Origin: an uncultured Clostridiaceae bacterium
GTDB lineage: Bacteria; Bacillota; Clostridia; TANB77; CAG-508
Direction of reading: 5' to 3'
Assembly: GCA_949927585.1 (NCBI GenBank)
Contig: CATLFA010000004.1
Span: forward strand, 11,385 to 75,384
DNA length: 64,000 nt
Below are positions 20,253-30,150 of this stretch, piece by piece (positions within the stretch are counted from its first letter, which is position 1; every line of letters begins with the position of its first letter). The translations under genes were made by a program, and so were the position numbers. The notes below the pieces were generated by a model. It saw only the letters and a list, made by a program, of their open reading frames with translations, did no database searches and had not been told where the DNA came from.

Positions 20253-22451
20253 TTATTCGGCTATTTCAAAATCAATCTGTCTTGTTATTTTGTCTGCATG
20301 AATTACTCTTATTTTTACTTTATCTCCTATTTTATATGTTATTTTTGTTTTTTCTCCTGTTAAAGTTTTTCTATTTTCATCATATATAAAATATTCATCT
20401 CCTAAGTTTTCAAATCTTATTAGACCTTCTACTGTGCTTTCTAATTCTACAAACATTCCAAATGATGTTATACTAGATACTATTCCTTCAAATTCTTCTC
20501 CTATTTTGTCTTGCATGAATTCGGCTTTTTTAATATCTATGCTATCTCTTTCTACTTTTTGTGCTACTTTTTCTCTTTCTGATGATTGGTTAGCATAATT
20601 TGTACTTTGTTCACTATATTTTTCAAGTATCTCTTCGCTTATATTGTAGTTATCAGATAGGTATTTCGAAATTACTCTATGAATAAATAAGTCTGGGTAT
20701 CTTCTTATTGGGGATGTGAAGTGGCAATAATATTTGCTCGCTATTCCAAAATGCCCTTTGTTTTCACTTTCATATCTTGCTACTTTTAATGTTCTTAATA
20801 TTAAAGTAGATACTACTCTTTCTTCTTCTTTTCCTTTTATATCTTCTAATACTTCTGCAAATGCTTTTGGGTGAATGTTGTCTTTACTTCCTTTTATTTT
20901 ATAACCAAAATTGTATAAGAATTTATTTAATTCTAAAATTTTGTCTTCGTCTGGTTCTTCATGTACTCTGTATATAAAAGGTGCTTCTAACCAATAAAAA
21001 GTTTCAGCTACTGTTTCATTTGCTGTAAGCATAAATTGTTCTATTATTTCATTTGCAAATGTAAGTTCATATTTTTTAACATCTATTGCAAATCCGTCTT
21101 TATCTAACACTATTTTAGTTTCTGGAATGTCTAAATTTAAACTTCCTTGTCTTTCTCTTCTTTGCTTTAATATTTTTGCTAAATCTTCCATTTGTTTAAA
21201 ATGTTCAAAATATGGCTTGCATTCTTTTAATAGTTTTAAGTCTTTTTCTAGCTTATTTATTCTTTCTTTTGCTTTATTTGTATTTTCTATCTTTTCTTCA
21301 TTTTTTTCATTATTTAGATATTTCAAAATAGTAGCAATTTCATTATAACTCATTCTTCTAGTAACATTTATAACACTTTTCTTAATTTGAGAAGATACAA
21401 CTTGTCCTTCATTATTAATTTCCATTATAACAGAAAGTGTTAATCTATCTTTCTTTTGATTTAAGCTACAAATTCCATTTGAAAGTTCACGTGGAAGCAT
21501 TGGTATTACTCTATCTAACATATATATACTTGTACCACGTATTATTGCTTCTTTATCTAATTTAGAATCTTCTTTTACATAGTGGCTTACATCTGCTATA
21601 TGAACACCAAGTTCAAAATTACCATTTTCTAATTTTTTTACATTAACTGCATCATCTAAATCTTTTGCATCTTCCCCATCTATTGTAAAAATTTCTTCTT
21701 CTCGTAAATCTAATCTACCTTTAATATCATTTTTTATATCTTCTTCTTTATAACTTTGTGCCTCTTCTACTACTGCTTCTGGAAATTCGTATGGAAGTTT
21801 ATAATCTTTAATTAATGAAAGCATATCAACACCTGCTTCATTAATATTACCTAATACTTCTATTACTTTACCTTCAGCATTTTTACCATTTTCAGGATAT
21901 TTAAGTATTTTTACTAATACCTTACTATCATTACGTGCTTTTCCAAAATTCTTTTTAGATATAAAAATATCAGTTCCTAATTTTCTATCATCTGGAACAA
22001 CAAAACCATAATTTTTACTATTTATAAAAACACCTACAACAGTATCTTTATCTCTAGTTAATATTTTAATAATTTTTCCTTCTTCACTATGTCCACTATC
22101 TTTTTCGTCCTTTAATATTTCTATAAGAACAGTATCTCCATTTAAGGCATTCTTTGTATGACTTTTTGAGATATAAACTTCATCTTCTCTATCTTTAATT
22201 TTAACAAATCCAAAACCCTTTTCATTAGCTCTAAAGACACCTGTTATATATCTGTTAGAATCTACCAAACTATATTTAGATTTTCTATTTTTTTGAATTC
22301 TATATTCTTCCTCTAATTTTTTTAGTACTTCACTAAAACTTGAATATTCTGTTTTAGGAACACACAAAATACTAGCCATTTCCTTAGCTTTCATAGGAAC
22401 ATAGCTTTCTTCTGACATAAAGTCTAAAATTAATTTTTCTTTTTCTTCCAT
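20253..22451 (-). CDS. rnr: ribonuclease R
   Basis: TIDGEDAKDLDDA, HFTSPIRRYPD, C-terminal S1 domain; next to smpB and secG. Confidence 0.96.
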   Translation of the reverse strand: MEEKEKLILDFMSEESYVPMKAKEMASILCVPKTEYSSFSEVLKKLEEEYRIQKNRKSKYSLVDSNRYITGVFRANEKGFGFVKIKDREDEVYISKSHTKNALNGDTVLIEILKDEKDSGHSEEGKIIKILTRDKDTVVGVFINSKNYGFVVPDDRKLGTDIFISKKNFGKARNDSKVLVKILKYPENGKNAEGKVIEVLGNINEAGVDMLSLIKDYKLPYEFPEAVVEEAQSYKEEDIKNDIKGRLDLREEEIFTIDGEDAKDLDDAVNVKKLENGNFELGVHIADVSHYVKEDSKLDKEAIIRGTSIYMLDRVIPMLPRELSNGICSLNQKKDRLTLSVIMEINNEGQVVSSQIKKSVINVTRRMSYNEIATILKYLNNEKNEEKIENTNKAKERINKLEKDLKLLKECKPYFEHFKQMEDLAKILKQRRERQGSLNLDIPETKIVLDKDGFAIDVKKYELTFANEIIEQFMLTANETVAETFYWLEAPFIYRVHEEPDEDKILELNKFLYNFGYKIKGSKDNIHPKAFAEVLEDIKGKEEERVVSTLILRTLKVARYESENKGHFGIASKYYCHFTSPIRRYPDLFIHRVISKYLSDNYNISEEILEKYSEQSTNYANQSSEREKVAQKVERDSIDIKKAEFMQDKIGEEFEGIVSSITSFGMFVELESTVEGLIRFENLGDEYFIYDENRKTLTGEKTKITYKIGDKVKIRVIHADKITRQIDFEIAE

Positions 22452-22719
22452 CTATTTTCTCCTTAAATATTTTAAAAAACTGTATTAAATACTATAGGGG
22501 TCGCAGTCTTCGGCGACCCATTCTTCGAAGAAACTACCTTTAAATAATACACATTTTAGCAATTTCATGGTAACCTGGGTCGCCCATGGGTCCGCCCCCC
22601 ACAAGGTAAAATATATTTTCAAAATAATTATTCTTATTCTTCAAAAAAGGGCATAATTCGGTAATTCTAACGGGTATTCCTTACCGATTAAGCCCCTACA
22701 TTTTTTATTCAATTACACA

Positions 22720-22968
22720 TTATATTACATATAGTATTCCTAATACAACTGCTAATACTACGAATAAAACTCCTAGTATTATTGTTAATCTCTTTAATTT
22801 TCCTTCTTTTGTTCTTCCCTTATTTTTCTCATAAAAATTATTTGTTGAAGAACCTGTAATTGTTCCAGAAGCTCCATCGTTATCTTTTGTTTGTATTGTT
22901 GCTACTATTATTAAAGCTATACAAACTATTAAATATATTGCTAATACTATATTTCTCACTATTTCCAT
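22720..22968 (-). CDS. secG: preprotein translocase subunit SecG
   Basis: Two-TM 82-aa protein upstream of rnr. Confidence 0.85.
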   Translation of the reverse strand: MEIVRNIVLAIYLIVCIALIIVATIQTKDNDGASGTITGSSTNNFYEKNKGRTKEGKLKRLTIILGVLFVVLAVVLGILYVI

Positions 22969-23125
22969 TTTTTATACACTCTCCTTAGTTTTTCTTAACA
23001 TATGTTATTCTACCATATATGTTTTTAAAATGCAATTGGTTTTTTTAAAAATTTGAGTTTTATTTTTTATATTTTAATACAAAACAAAAATAGTAGCATA
23101 ATTACTACTATTTTTGTTTTTAATT

Positions 23126-23503
23126 TTAAGAATTTCCTATTGCAATCCCTCCAAAAAATACAATAACAAATATTAGAAGAGCAACTAACGCATATAAAAC
23201 ATTTTTTTGGTCATCAACTGTAAAAGCTACTAATTCTGCTTCTTTATTTGATATCTGATACTCTGCCTTCAATAAATTTTTCTGTTCTGTTTCAGATTTT
23301 AAATAAAACCGGCTTGTATCTTTTGAGTCTGGATAAGACATATCGTATCCATCTGGAAGTTTATACTCTCCCATATTCTTTGCTATTTCATTTGCAACTT
23401 CATTTGACTTTTCCAATGCCTCAGGATTGGTAGTTGTTGCGCAGCCTGTTACAAACAGTACTACTAAAAGGACAGATAAAAACAAAATTATTTTCTTTTT
23501 CAT
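23126..23503 (-). CDS. orphan lipoprotein with C-terminal TM
   Basis: Lipobox VTGC; YKLPDGYDMSYPDS; triplet CGG at 23309-23311. Confidence 0.7.
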   Translation of the reverse strand: MKKKIILFLSVLLVVLFVTGCATTTNPEALEKSNEVANEIAKNMGEYKLPDGYDMSYPDSKDTSRFYLKSETEQKNLLKAEYQISNKEAELVAFTVDDQKNVLYALVALLIFVIVFFGGIAIGNS

Positions 23504-23642
23504 TGCTGTTTCCTCCATTTTTCTATAAAACTGGTTTACAAGTTGATAATATTATATCATTTTTATATTAACATATCAATAATTTTACATAATTTTATGT
23601 TTTTTATGAAAATTTGTTACCATTCACAAAGTACATTATAAA

Positions 23643-23860
23643 TTACAATTCACAGCTATAATAACTTAAAGTTGGTGCAGGATGTTTAATATATTTTTTT
23701 ACGAAAAACTGCGCAGCGAACAACCGAGCTGAAAGCGACGGCGAATGAGGCAGACTTCTTTAAATATACTTTTATAAGTCTGCCCCAGTAAAGTTTGAGT
23801 AAAAAATATATTAAATGTCAGTTGCAGGATTTCTATAAACTTAAATGCTGTGAATTGTAA
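23643..23860. other. long nested inverted-repeat element (candidate ncRNA or MITE)
   Basis: TTACAATTCACAGC/GCTGTGAATTGTAA ends, inner TTTAATATATTTTT/AAAAATATATTAAA and GGCAGACTT/AAGTCTGCC stems, GC-rich core. Confidence 0.55.
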
Positions 23861-23943
23861 CAAAAATTTGCTTTTTTAAATTTATTATTTTATAATTATA
23901 TAAGAATTTAAAAACAATTATAGAAAGGTCAAATTAATAATTT

Positions 23944-24808
23944 ATGCAAATTTTGAATGTTGAAGAAAAATATAATAATAAAAAGTTAAGTACATATTTA
24001 TTAGCTATATTCCCTTTATTAAAGAGAGGTACTCTATTTAAAGCTTTAAGAAAAAAGGATATTAGAGTTAATAATGTTAGAGTTAGTGAAGATATAGAAG
24101 TTCACACTGGAGACCAAATAAAAGTGTTTATTACAGATGAACTTTTATGTATAAATAATTTTACTCTTGATATTGTTTTTGAAGATAATAATATACTTGT
24201 AGTTAATAAACCAGTTGGTATAGAAGTTACTAATAATGATAACTCTGAAGTTTCTTTACATTCGTTATGTAAGGATTATATAAATGGATTTATCGAGCCA
24301 TGTCATAGATTAGATAGAAATACTACTGGTCTTGTTTTATTTGCCAAAAATACAGAAGCATTAGATATTTTACTTGATAAATTTAAAAACAAAGAAATTG
24401 AAAAGCACTATATTGCAACTGTATATGGAATTCCAAAGAAAAAGAAAGAAAGACTTGAAGCATATTTATTTAAAGATAATAAAAAATCTTTAGTTTATAT
24501 TTCAGATGAACCGAAAAAAGGTTATCAAAAAATTATTACTTCATATAAAATAATAAGTGAAAATAAAGAAAATAATACTTCTATTTTAGATATAAACTTA
24601 GAAACTGGTAGAACTCACCAAATACGTGCTCACCTCGCTCATATTGGCTTACCTATTATTGGAGACCGGTAAATACGGTATAAATGAAATAAATAAAAAA
24701 TTTCACCAAAAAACACAGATGCTTTGTAGTTATAGTTTGAAATTTAATTTTAGAGAAAATAGTAGCGTTTTAGATTATTTAAATGGGAAAAAAATAAAAT
24801 TAGTATAA
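23944..24808 (+). CDS. RluA-family pseudouridine synthase with S4 domain; +1 shift at CGGT 24667-24670
   Basis: VVNKPVG, HRLDRNTTG, TGRTHQIR; restored PIIGDGKYG; joined length 287 aa. Confidence 0.93.
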
Positions 24809-24851
24809 GTAAAGGAAGTAGAAAACCTTTAAAGTTTTCTACTTCAACTAT

Positions 24852-25229
24852 TCATATTAAAAAAGCACCTGCTGCTAATATAACAGTAATTATCAATATT
24901 ACAATAAAAACTGTTTCTATAATTATACCCAAAGTATCTTGTTGATAGCTTACCAACTCTGGTTCAGCCTTTGTCATATCAAAAATTGCTATTACATTAT
25001 CTCCACTCCCCTTAGATGCTTTAATTGAAATAGCAATCTTATTAGTTTTTGTTGAATCTGGATATGATACCTCGTATCCTTCAGGTAATTTATAATCTTC
25101 TGAATTTTTTATTTCAAAAGCTATATTTTTTAGGTTGTCTATTTCTTCTGACGTTATTTCTGTCCTGCAAGCTGTTAACAACATAGTTATTAATATGGTT
25201 GCTAAAATTACAATTGTTTTTTTCCGCAT
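24852..25229 (-). CDS. orphan lipoprotein, paralog of 23126-23503
   Basis: Lipobox LTAC; YKLPEGYEVSYPDS; triplet CGG at codon 2 (25224-25226). Confidence 0.7.
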   Translation of the reverse strand: MRKKTIVILATILITMLLTACRTEITSEEIDNLKNIAFEIKNSEDYKLPEGYEVSYPDSTKTNKIAISIKASKGSGDNVIAIFDMTKAEPELVSYQQDTLGIIIETVFIVILIITVILAAGAFLI

Positions 25230-25327
25230 AATTATTCCCTCCATTTGTTAAGAATATATATTTTAATAGTTTCATAATATACATTTTAGCATATTTAGTT
25301 TACTTTATCAATAGCTTTACATAAATT

Positions 25328-27130
25328 TTAATTTTCATTAAATATTCTTTCAAATTCACTTTCTGTTATTGTTTCTTTTTCTAATAATGTTTGTGCTACT
25401 TCGTGTAATTTATCTATATGATTTGATATTAGCGTTTGTGCTTTTAAGTAGGCTGTATCTAGTAATATTTTTACTTCTGCACCTATGGCATCTGCATATT
25501 TTTCTCCTAATAATTGTAGTTCATATGGGTCTTTTTCAGTGTTTATTGATATTGTTCCTACTACATCGCTCATTCCATATAATGTTACCATGTCTTTTGC
25601 TATTTTTGTTGCTACTTCAAAGTCATTACTTGCTCCTGTTGAAATATCATTAATTATAATTTTTTCTGCCGCACGACCTGCCATTAGTACAATTAGCCTT
25701 TCTTCCATTTCTGTTTTTGAAATGTAGTTTTTATCTTCATTTGTTTTGTTCATTGTATAACCACCAGCCATACCTCTAGGTATAATAGAAATTTCTTTTA
25801 CAGGTTCTTGTGAACTTAAATATCTACTTACTATTGCATGTCCTGCTTCATGGTATGCTGTTATTCTTTTATCTTTTTCTGAATATACTCTACTTGTTTT
25901 TTGAAGACCAATTGTTACTTTTTTAAATGCCTCTTCTATATCTTCTTGTTCAATTACTTCATGTTCGTTAACAGTAGCTAAAATTGCTGCTTCATTTAAA
26001 ATATTTGCAAGTTCTGCACCTGTTAAACCTGCTGTATCTTCTGCAATTGTTTTTAATTTTACGTTTTCTGCAAAGTTTTTACCTTTACTATGAATCTTTA
26101 ATATTTCTTCTCTTCCACGTTTATCTGGAACATTTATTGTTATTTGTCTATCAAACCTTCCTGGTCTTAAAAGTGCTTTATCTAACATTTCTGGTCTGTT
26201 TGTTGCTGCTAATACTATTATTGTTTCATTTGTGTCAAATCCATCCATTTCAACTAATAGTTGATTTAAAGTTTGGTTATTTTCACTTTCTGCTCCATTT
26301 CCTGAAGAACGTCTTGAACCTATTGCATCTATTTCATCTATAAACACTATACATGGTGCTACTTTTCTTGCCTTTTCAAATAATTTTCTAACTCTTGATG
26401 CTCCAAGACCTGCAAACATTTCTATAAATTCAGAACCACTCATTGAAATAAATGGAACTCCTGCTTCTCCTGCTATTGCTTTTGCAATTAGTGTCTTACC
26501 TGTTCCTGGCTTACCATATAGTAAAACTCCTTTTGGTACTTTTGCTCCCATTTTTGTGAACTTTTCTGGCTCTTTTAAGAATTGCACTATTTCTATCATT
26601 TCTTGTTTTTCTTCATCTAAACCTGCTACATCATCAAATTTTATTTTTTCTTTACTTGTTTCTGCATCATATACTTTTCCTTTTTCTCCTAAGCCTTGCA
26701 TTTTAAATACCATTATAAATAATGCTACAATTACAATTGTTGGTAATAATGAAAATAGAGTCTCAGATATCTTTATAATTGCATTTTGTGGATTTTGTAT
26801 TAATTCTATATTGTTTCCTTCTGCTACCTTTTCTTGTACAAGTTCGATAAATGCTTGTGTATTTGGAACTATTGAAGTTTTTTCTTCTTCTATTCCTTTT
26901 ACTTTAACTTTTAGGCTTGTACTTCCTACTGTCATTTCAATTTTTTCTATTTCGCCGTCTGTTATTTGTTTAATTAATTCTGTATATGGTATTTTATTAT
27001 CGCTAGTTTTGTTTTTTGATAACATCAAATATGCTGTAATTCCAGCAAGAATTACTACAACAATTGAGACTATTATTCCTGCTATCATATATTTATTATT
27101 CTTTTTGTTATTTTCTTTATTGTTTTCCAT
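25328..27130 (-). CDS. ftsH: ATP-dependent zinc metalloprotease FtsH
   Basis: GKPGTGKT, DEID, LLRPGRFDR, HEAGH. Confidence 0.96.
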   Translation of the reverse strand: MENNKENNKKNNKYMIAGIIVSIVVVILAGITAYLMLSKNKTSDNKIPYTELIKQITDGEIEKIEMTVGSTSLKVKVKGIEEEKTSIVPNTQAFIELVQEKVAEGNNIELIQNPQNAIIKISETLFSLLPTIVIVALFIMVFKMQGLGEKGKVYDAETSKEKIKFDDVAGLDEEKQEMIEIVQFLKEPEKFTKMGAKVPKGVLLYGKPGTGKTLIAKAIAGEAGVPFISMSGSEFIEMFAGLGASRVRKLFEKARKVAPCIVFIDEIDAIGSRRSSGNGAESENNQTLNQLLVEMDGFDTNETIIVLAATNRPEMLDKALLRPGRFDRQITINVPDKRGREEILKIHSKGKNFAENVKLKTIAEDTAGLTGAELANILNEAAILATVNEHEVIEQEDIEEAFKKVTIGLQKTSRVYSEKDKRITAYHEAGHAIVSRYLSSQEPVKEISIIPRGMAGGYTMNKTNEDKNYISKTEMEERLIVLMAGRAAEKIIINDISTGASNDFEVATKIAKDMVTLYGMSDVVGTISINTEKDPYELQLLGEKYADAIGAEVKILLDTAYLKAQTLISNHIDKLHEVAQTLLEKETITESEFERIFNEN

Positions 27131-27148
27131 TACGTTTTTCCTTTCTTT

Positions 27149-28186
27149 TTATGCATTTTCACCTTGTGGCTGTCCTGATAAACCTTCTTTTTCCTTTTCC
27201 TTCTTCTCTTTCTTTTTCTTCTCTTTTTCTTCTTGCTTTTTTCTTTGTTCTTCTTCCTCTTTTTGTCTTTGCTCTTCTTTTTTTCTCTCTAATTCTTGTT
27301 TTACTCTTTCTTGTTCTTCTACTATTTTAGCAAGTTCTTGTCCTCTTTTTATTATATCTGATTTTATCATTAAAATTGATGCAACAATATATATATAAGC
27401 AACTGCTATATACATTATTTCAAAATATTTTATTTTAAATCCAAACAATGCTTGTACTATTATATACAATAAATTTAAAATAATAGGCAAAGTAAGTGAA
27501 TGTATTGCTATTTTTAACATTGCAATAAATTTTATTCTTATTCTCATTATTAGTGCTGTAACATATCCTATTGTTCCTAATATTACTATATCCATAAATA
27601 TGCTTATTAAATAGGCTATAAATAAGTATATATATGACATTATATATATTCCTACATATATCATTATCATATTAGAGCCTGATAAGTAATTTAATATAGT
27701 TTCTTTTGTCATATCTTGTATTTTATAACTTTGTACTAATTTTTCATACGTATATGTTATAGTTCCATTTCCTAAATTCAAAATTACTTTATCAGATAAA
27801 AGTATTGCTCCTGTACTATGCTTCTTTAGCTCTGACTCATATGAGTTTATTTGCTCATTAGTTAATTCATTTGTATCTATAATAAGCATATCAAACACAT
27901 TTGGAATATTAGTTATTTTTATAGGTTCAGTTGTTTCTACTGTTAACCTATTATTTGAAAAACTTAAATTTGGTATTTCGTTTTTAAAATATTCTATTCC
28001 ACTATTTATATCTTTTGATACATCATATACTGATAATGCTGTCACTATTAATGTAAATATCGCAATTAGCATTACTATATATTTACAAACATTTCTAAAA
28101 GATTCTACTGCCATTTCTGGGTATTTTTCAAAATCTTTTATGCTACTTATTAATTTTTTTATAAAAGTATTTTCCTTGGTTTGCAT
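27149..28186 (-). CDS. DUF1189-like membrane protein
   Basis: TM, extracellular region, multi-TM block and charged tail. Confidence 0.6.
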   Translation of the reverse strand: MQTKENTFIKKLISSIKDFEKYPEMAVESFRNVCKYIVMLIAIFTLIVTALSVYDVSKDINSGIEYFKNEIPNLSFSNNRLTVETTEPIKITNIPNVFDMLIIDTNELTNEQINSYESELKKHSTGAILLSDKVILNLGNGTITYTYEKLVQSYKIQDMTKETILNYLSGSNMIMIYVGIYIMSYIYLFIAYLISIFMDIVILGTIGYVTALIMRIRIKFIAMLKIAIHSLTLPIILNLLYIIVQALFGFKIKYFEIMYIAVAYIYIVASILMIKSDIIKRGQELAKIVEEQERVKQELERKKEEQRQKEEEEQRKKQEEKEKKKKEKKEKEKEGLSGQPQGENA

Positions 28187-28236
28187 TTTATGTTTTTTCC
28201 TTTCTCAAACTGAAGGTTTGTACTATTCACTCTTCA

Positions 28237-28351
28237 TTATGTGTTTGTATATATTAAAATCAAAATTGAAGTCCAACAGTCCACCCTCGACAGTTGAATC
28301 TCCCTTGTCCTGGAGATTTCGATTTTTATTTTAATATATACAAATGCATAA
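28237..28351. mobile_element. MITE-like hairpin element, copy 1
   Basis: Terminal inverted repeats TTATGTGTTTGTATATATTAAAAT / ATTTTAATATATACAAATGCATAA; homologous to 29947-30069. Confidence 0.55.
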
Positions 28352-28438
28352 GGTGACTAATTTTAAATTTCTTTTATTTTAGTAATTTCTTCGGATGACT
28401 GGTAGACACAAGGCCTACCCATACATCTATTTTAAATT

Positions 28439-29842
28439 TTATACTATGATTTCTATTGTTTGCCCTTCTTTAGTGTCTTTTACTGTATAGCCTTTATCTT
28501 TTAACAAATCTCTTATCCTATCTGATTCTGCCCAATTTTTATTTTCTCTAGCGACTTTTCTCTCTTCTAGTAATTTTTGTATTTCTTCTGGAACTTCTTG
28601 TTTGTCTTCTTTTTCTAAATATTCTCTAGTGTTTACTAAGTCTAAACCTAATACTTTATCAAATTCTAAAAGCAATTTAGCAAACTTATTAGACTTTATA
28701 TCATTTCTTGCAACTTCCCATACTATTCCCATTGCAAGTGGCATATTTAAGTCATCATTTATAGCTTCTACAAAACGGTTTAAATATTCTTCTACTATTT
28801 TGTCATCTACTTCATTATTTGATTCTTCATGTTTTAAATAACTTTGGCGAAGTCTATTTAATGATTTTTCACTAGCTTCTGCTCCTGCAAATGTGAAATT
28901 TAATTTTGTTCTATAATGTGCTGTATAACAAAATAATTTATATGCTAATGGTTCAATTCCTTTTTCTTGTAGTTGGTCTAGAGTGTATGTATTTCCTAAA
29001 CTTTTAGACATTTTTCCTCCATCAACTTGTAAAAATTCTACATGCATCCAACGTTTTGCTGGAACTTTGCCTGTGCATCCTTTGCTTTGTGCTATTTCAT
29101 TTTCATGATGTGTAGGTATATGGTCTACTCCACCTGTATGAATATCAAACTCATTACCTAAATATTTTTTTCCCATTGCAGAACATTCTATATGCCAACC
29201 TGGATATGATAATCCCCATGGACTTTCCCATTTCATAATATGATTTTCTGGTGCTTTTATCCATAACGCAAAATCATATGGATTTCTTTTTTCTATATCT
29301 ACATCAACTCTTGCTCCTGCAATTTGATCATCTAGTTTTCTATTAGAAAGTATTGGGTATTTATCTAATTTTGATATATCAAAATAAATACCTTTTGATG
29401 TTTCATAAGCATAACCATTTTCTATTAATTTTTTTACAAATTGCATCATTTCTTCAATATGTTCTGTCGCTTTAGCTACTATTTCTGGTTTTTCTATATT
29501 TAGTCTACCCATATCTCTAAAAAATATATCTGTGTAAAATGCTGCTATTTCATATGGATTTTTATTTTCTTTTCTAGCTGCTTTTTCCATTTTATCTTCA
29601 CCATCATCGGCATCAGATTCTAAATGTCCTACATCAGTTATATTCATTACATGTTTTAAAATATATCCATTATATTTTAAAACTCTTCTTAAAGTATCCA
29701 TAAATACATAGGCTCTAAAGTTTCCTATATGTGCAAAACTATATACTGTTGGCCCACATGTATATATTTTAACCTCTTTTTCTTCCAATGGTTTAAACTC
29801 TGTCTTTTGTCTTGTTAAGGTGTTGTATAGTTTTAATTCCAT
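28439..29842 (-). CDS. cysS: cysteine--tRNA ligase
   Basis: CGPTVY, HIGN, PGWHIECSAM, KMSKS. Confidence 0.97.
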   Translation of the reverse strand: MELKLYNTLTRQKTEFKPLEEKEVKIYTCGPTVYSFAHIGNFRAYVFMDTLRRVLKYNGYILKHVMNITDVGHLESDADDGEDKMEKAARKENKNPYEIAAFYTDIFFRDMGRLNIEKPEIVAKATEHIEEMMQFVKKLIENGYAYETSKGIYFDISKLDKYPILSNRKLDDQIAGARVDVDIEKRNPYDFALWIKAPENHIMKWESPWGLSYPGWHIECSAMGKKYLGNEFDIHTGGVDHIPTHHENEIAQSKGCTGKVPAKRWMHVEFLQVDGGKMSKSLGNTYTLDQLQEKGIEPLAYKLFCYTAHYRTKLNFTFAGAEASEKSLNRLRQSYLKHEESNNEVDDKIVEEYLNRFVEAINDDLNMPLAMGIVWEVARNDIKSNKFAKLLLEFDKVLGLDLVNTREYLEKEDKQEVPEEIQKLLEERKVARENKNWAESDRIRDLLKDKGYTVKDTKEGQTIEIIV

Positions 29843-29946
29843 TTACGTTTTTTCTCCTTTCTTCGAAGTTTTGGTAGACTTAAAGCGCCTACCCCTACAT
29901 CTTAAATCTAACAATAATAATAGTAGTAATTAGAATTTGTAGAGTA

Positions 29947-30069
29947 ACCTTATGTGTTTTTGTATATATTAAAATCAAAATTGAATCCCGACAGTCCTTC
30001 TAAGGTTATTGAATACCCCTTGTCTTGGACGTTTCGATTTTTATTTTAATATATACAAACACATAAGGT
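29947..30069. mobile_element. MITE-like hairpin element, copy 2
   Basis: ACCTTATGTGTTT...AAACACATAAGGT inverted ends; internal ACAGTCC and CCCTTGTC blocks shared with copy 1. Confidence 0.55.
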
Positions 30070-30150
30070 AGATTATTTTAAGTAATTCATTCGAAGTGCA
30101 AGTCGCCGAAGGCTGCGCTCCCTACAATTCTTTACATTTATCTATTATTT

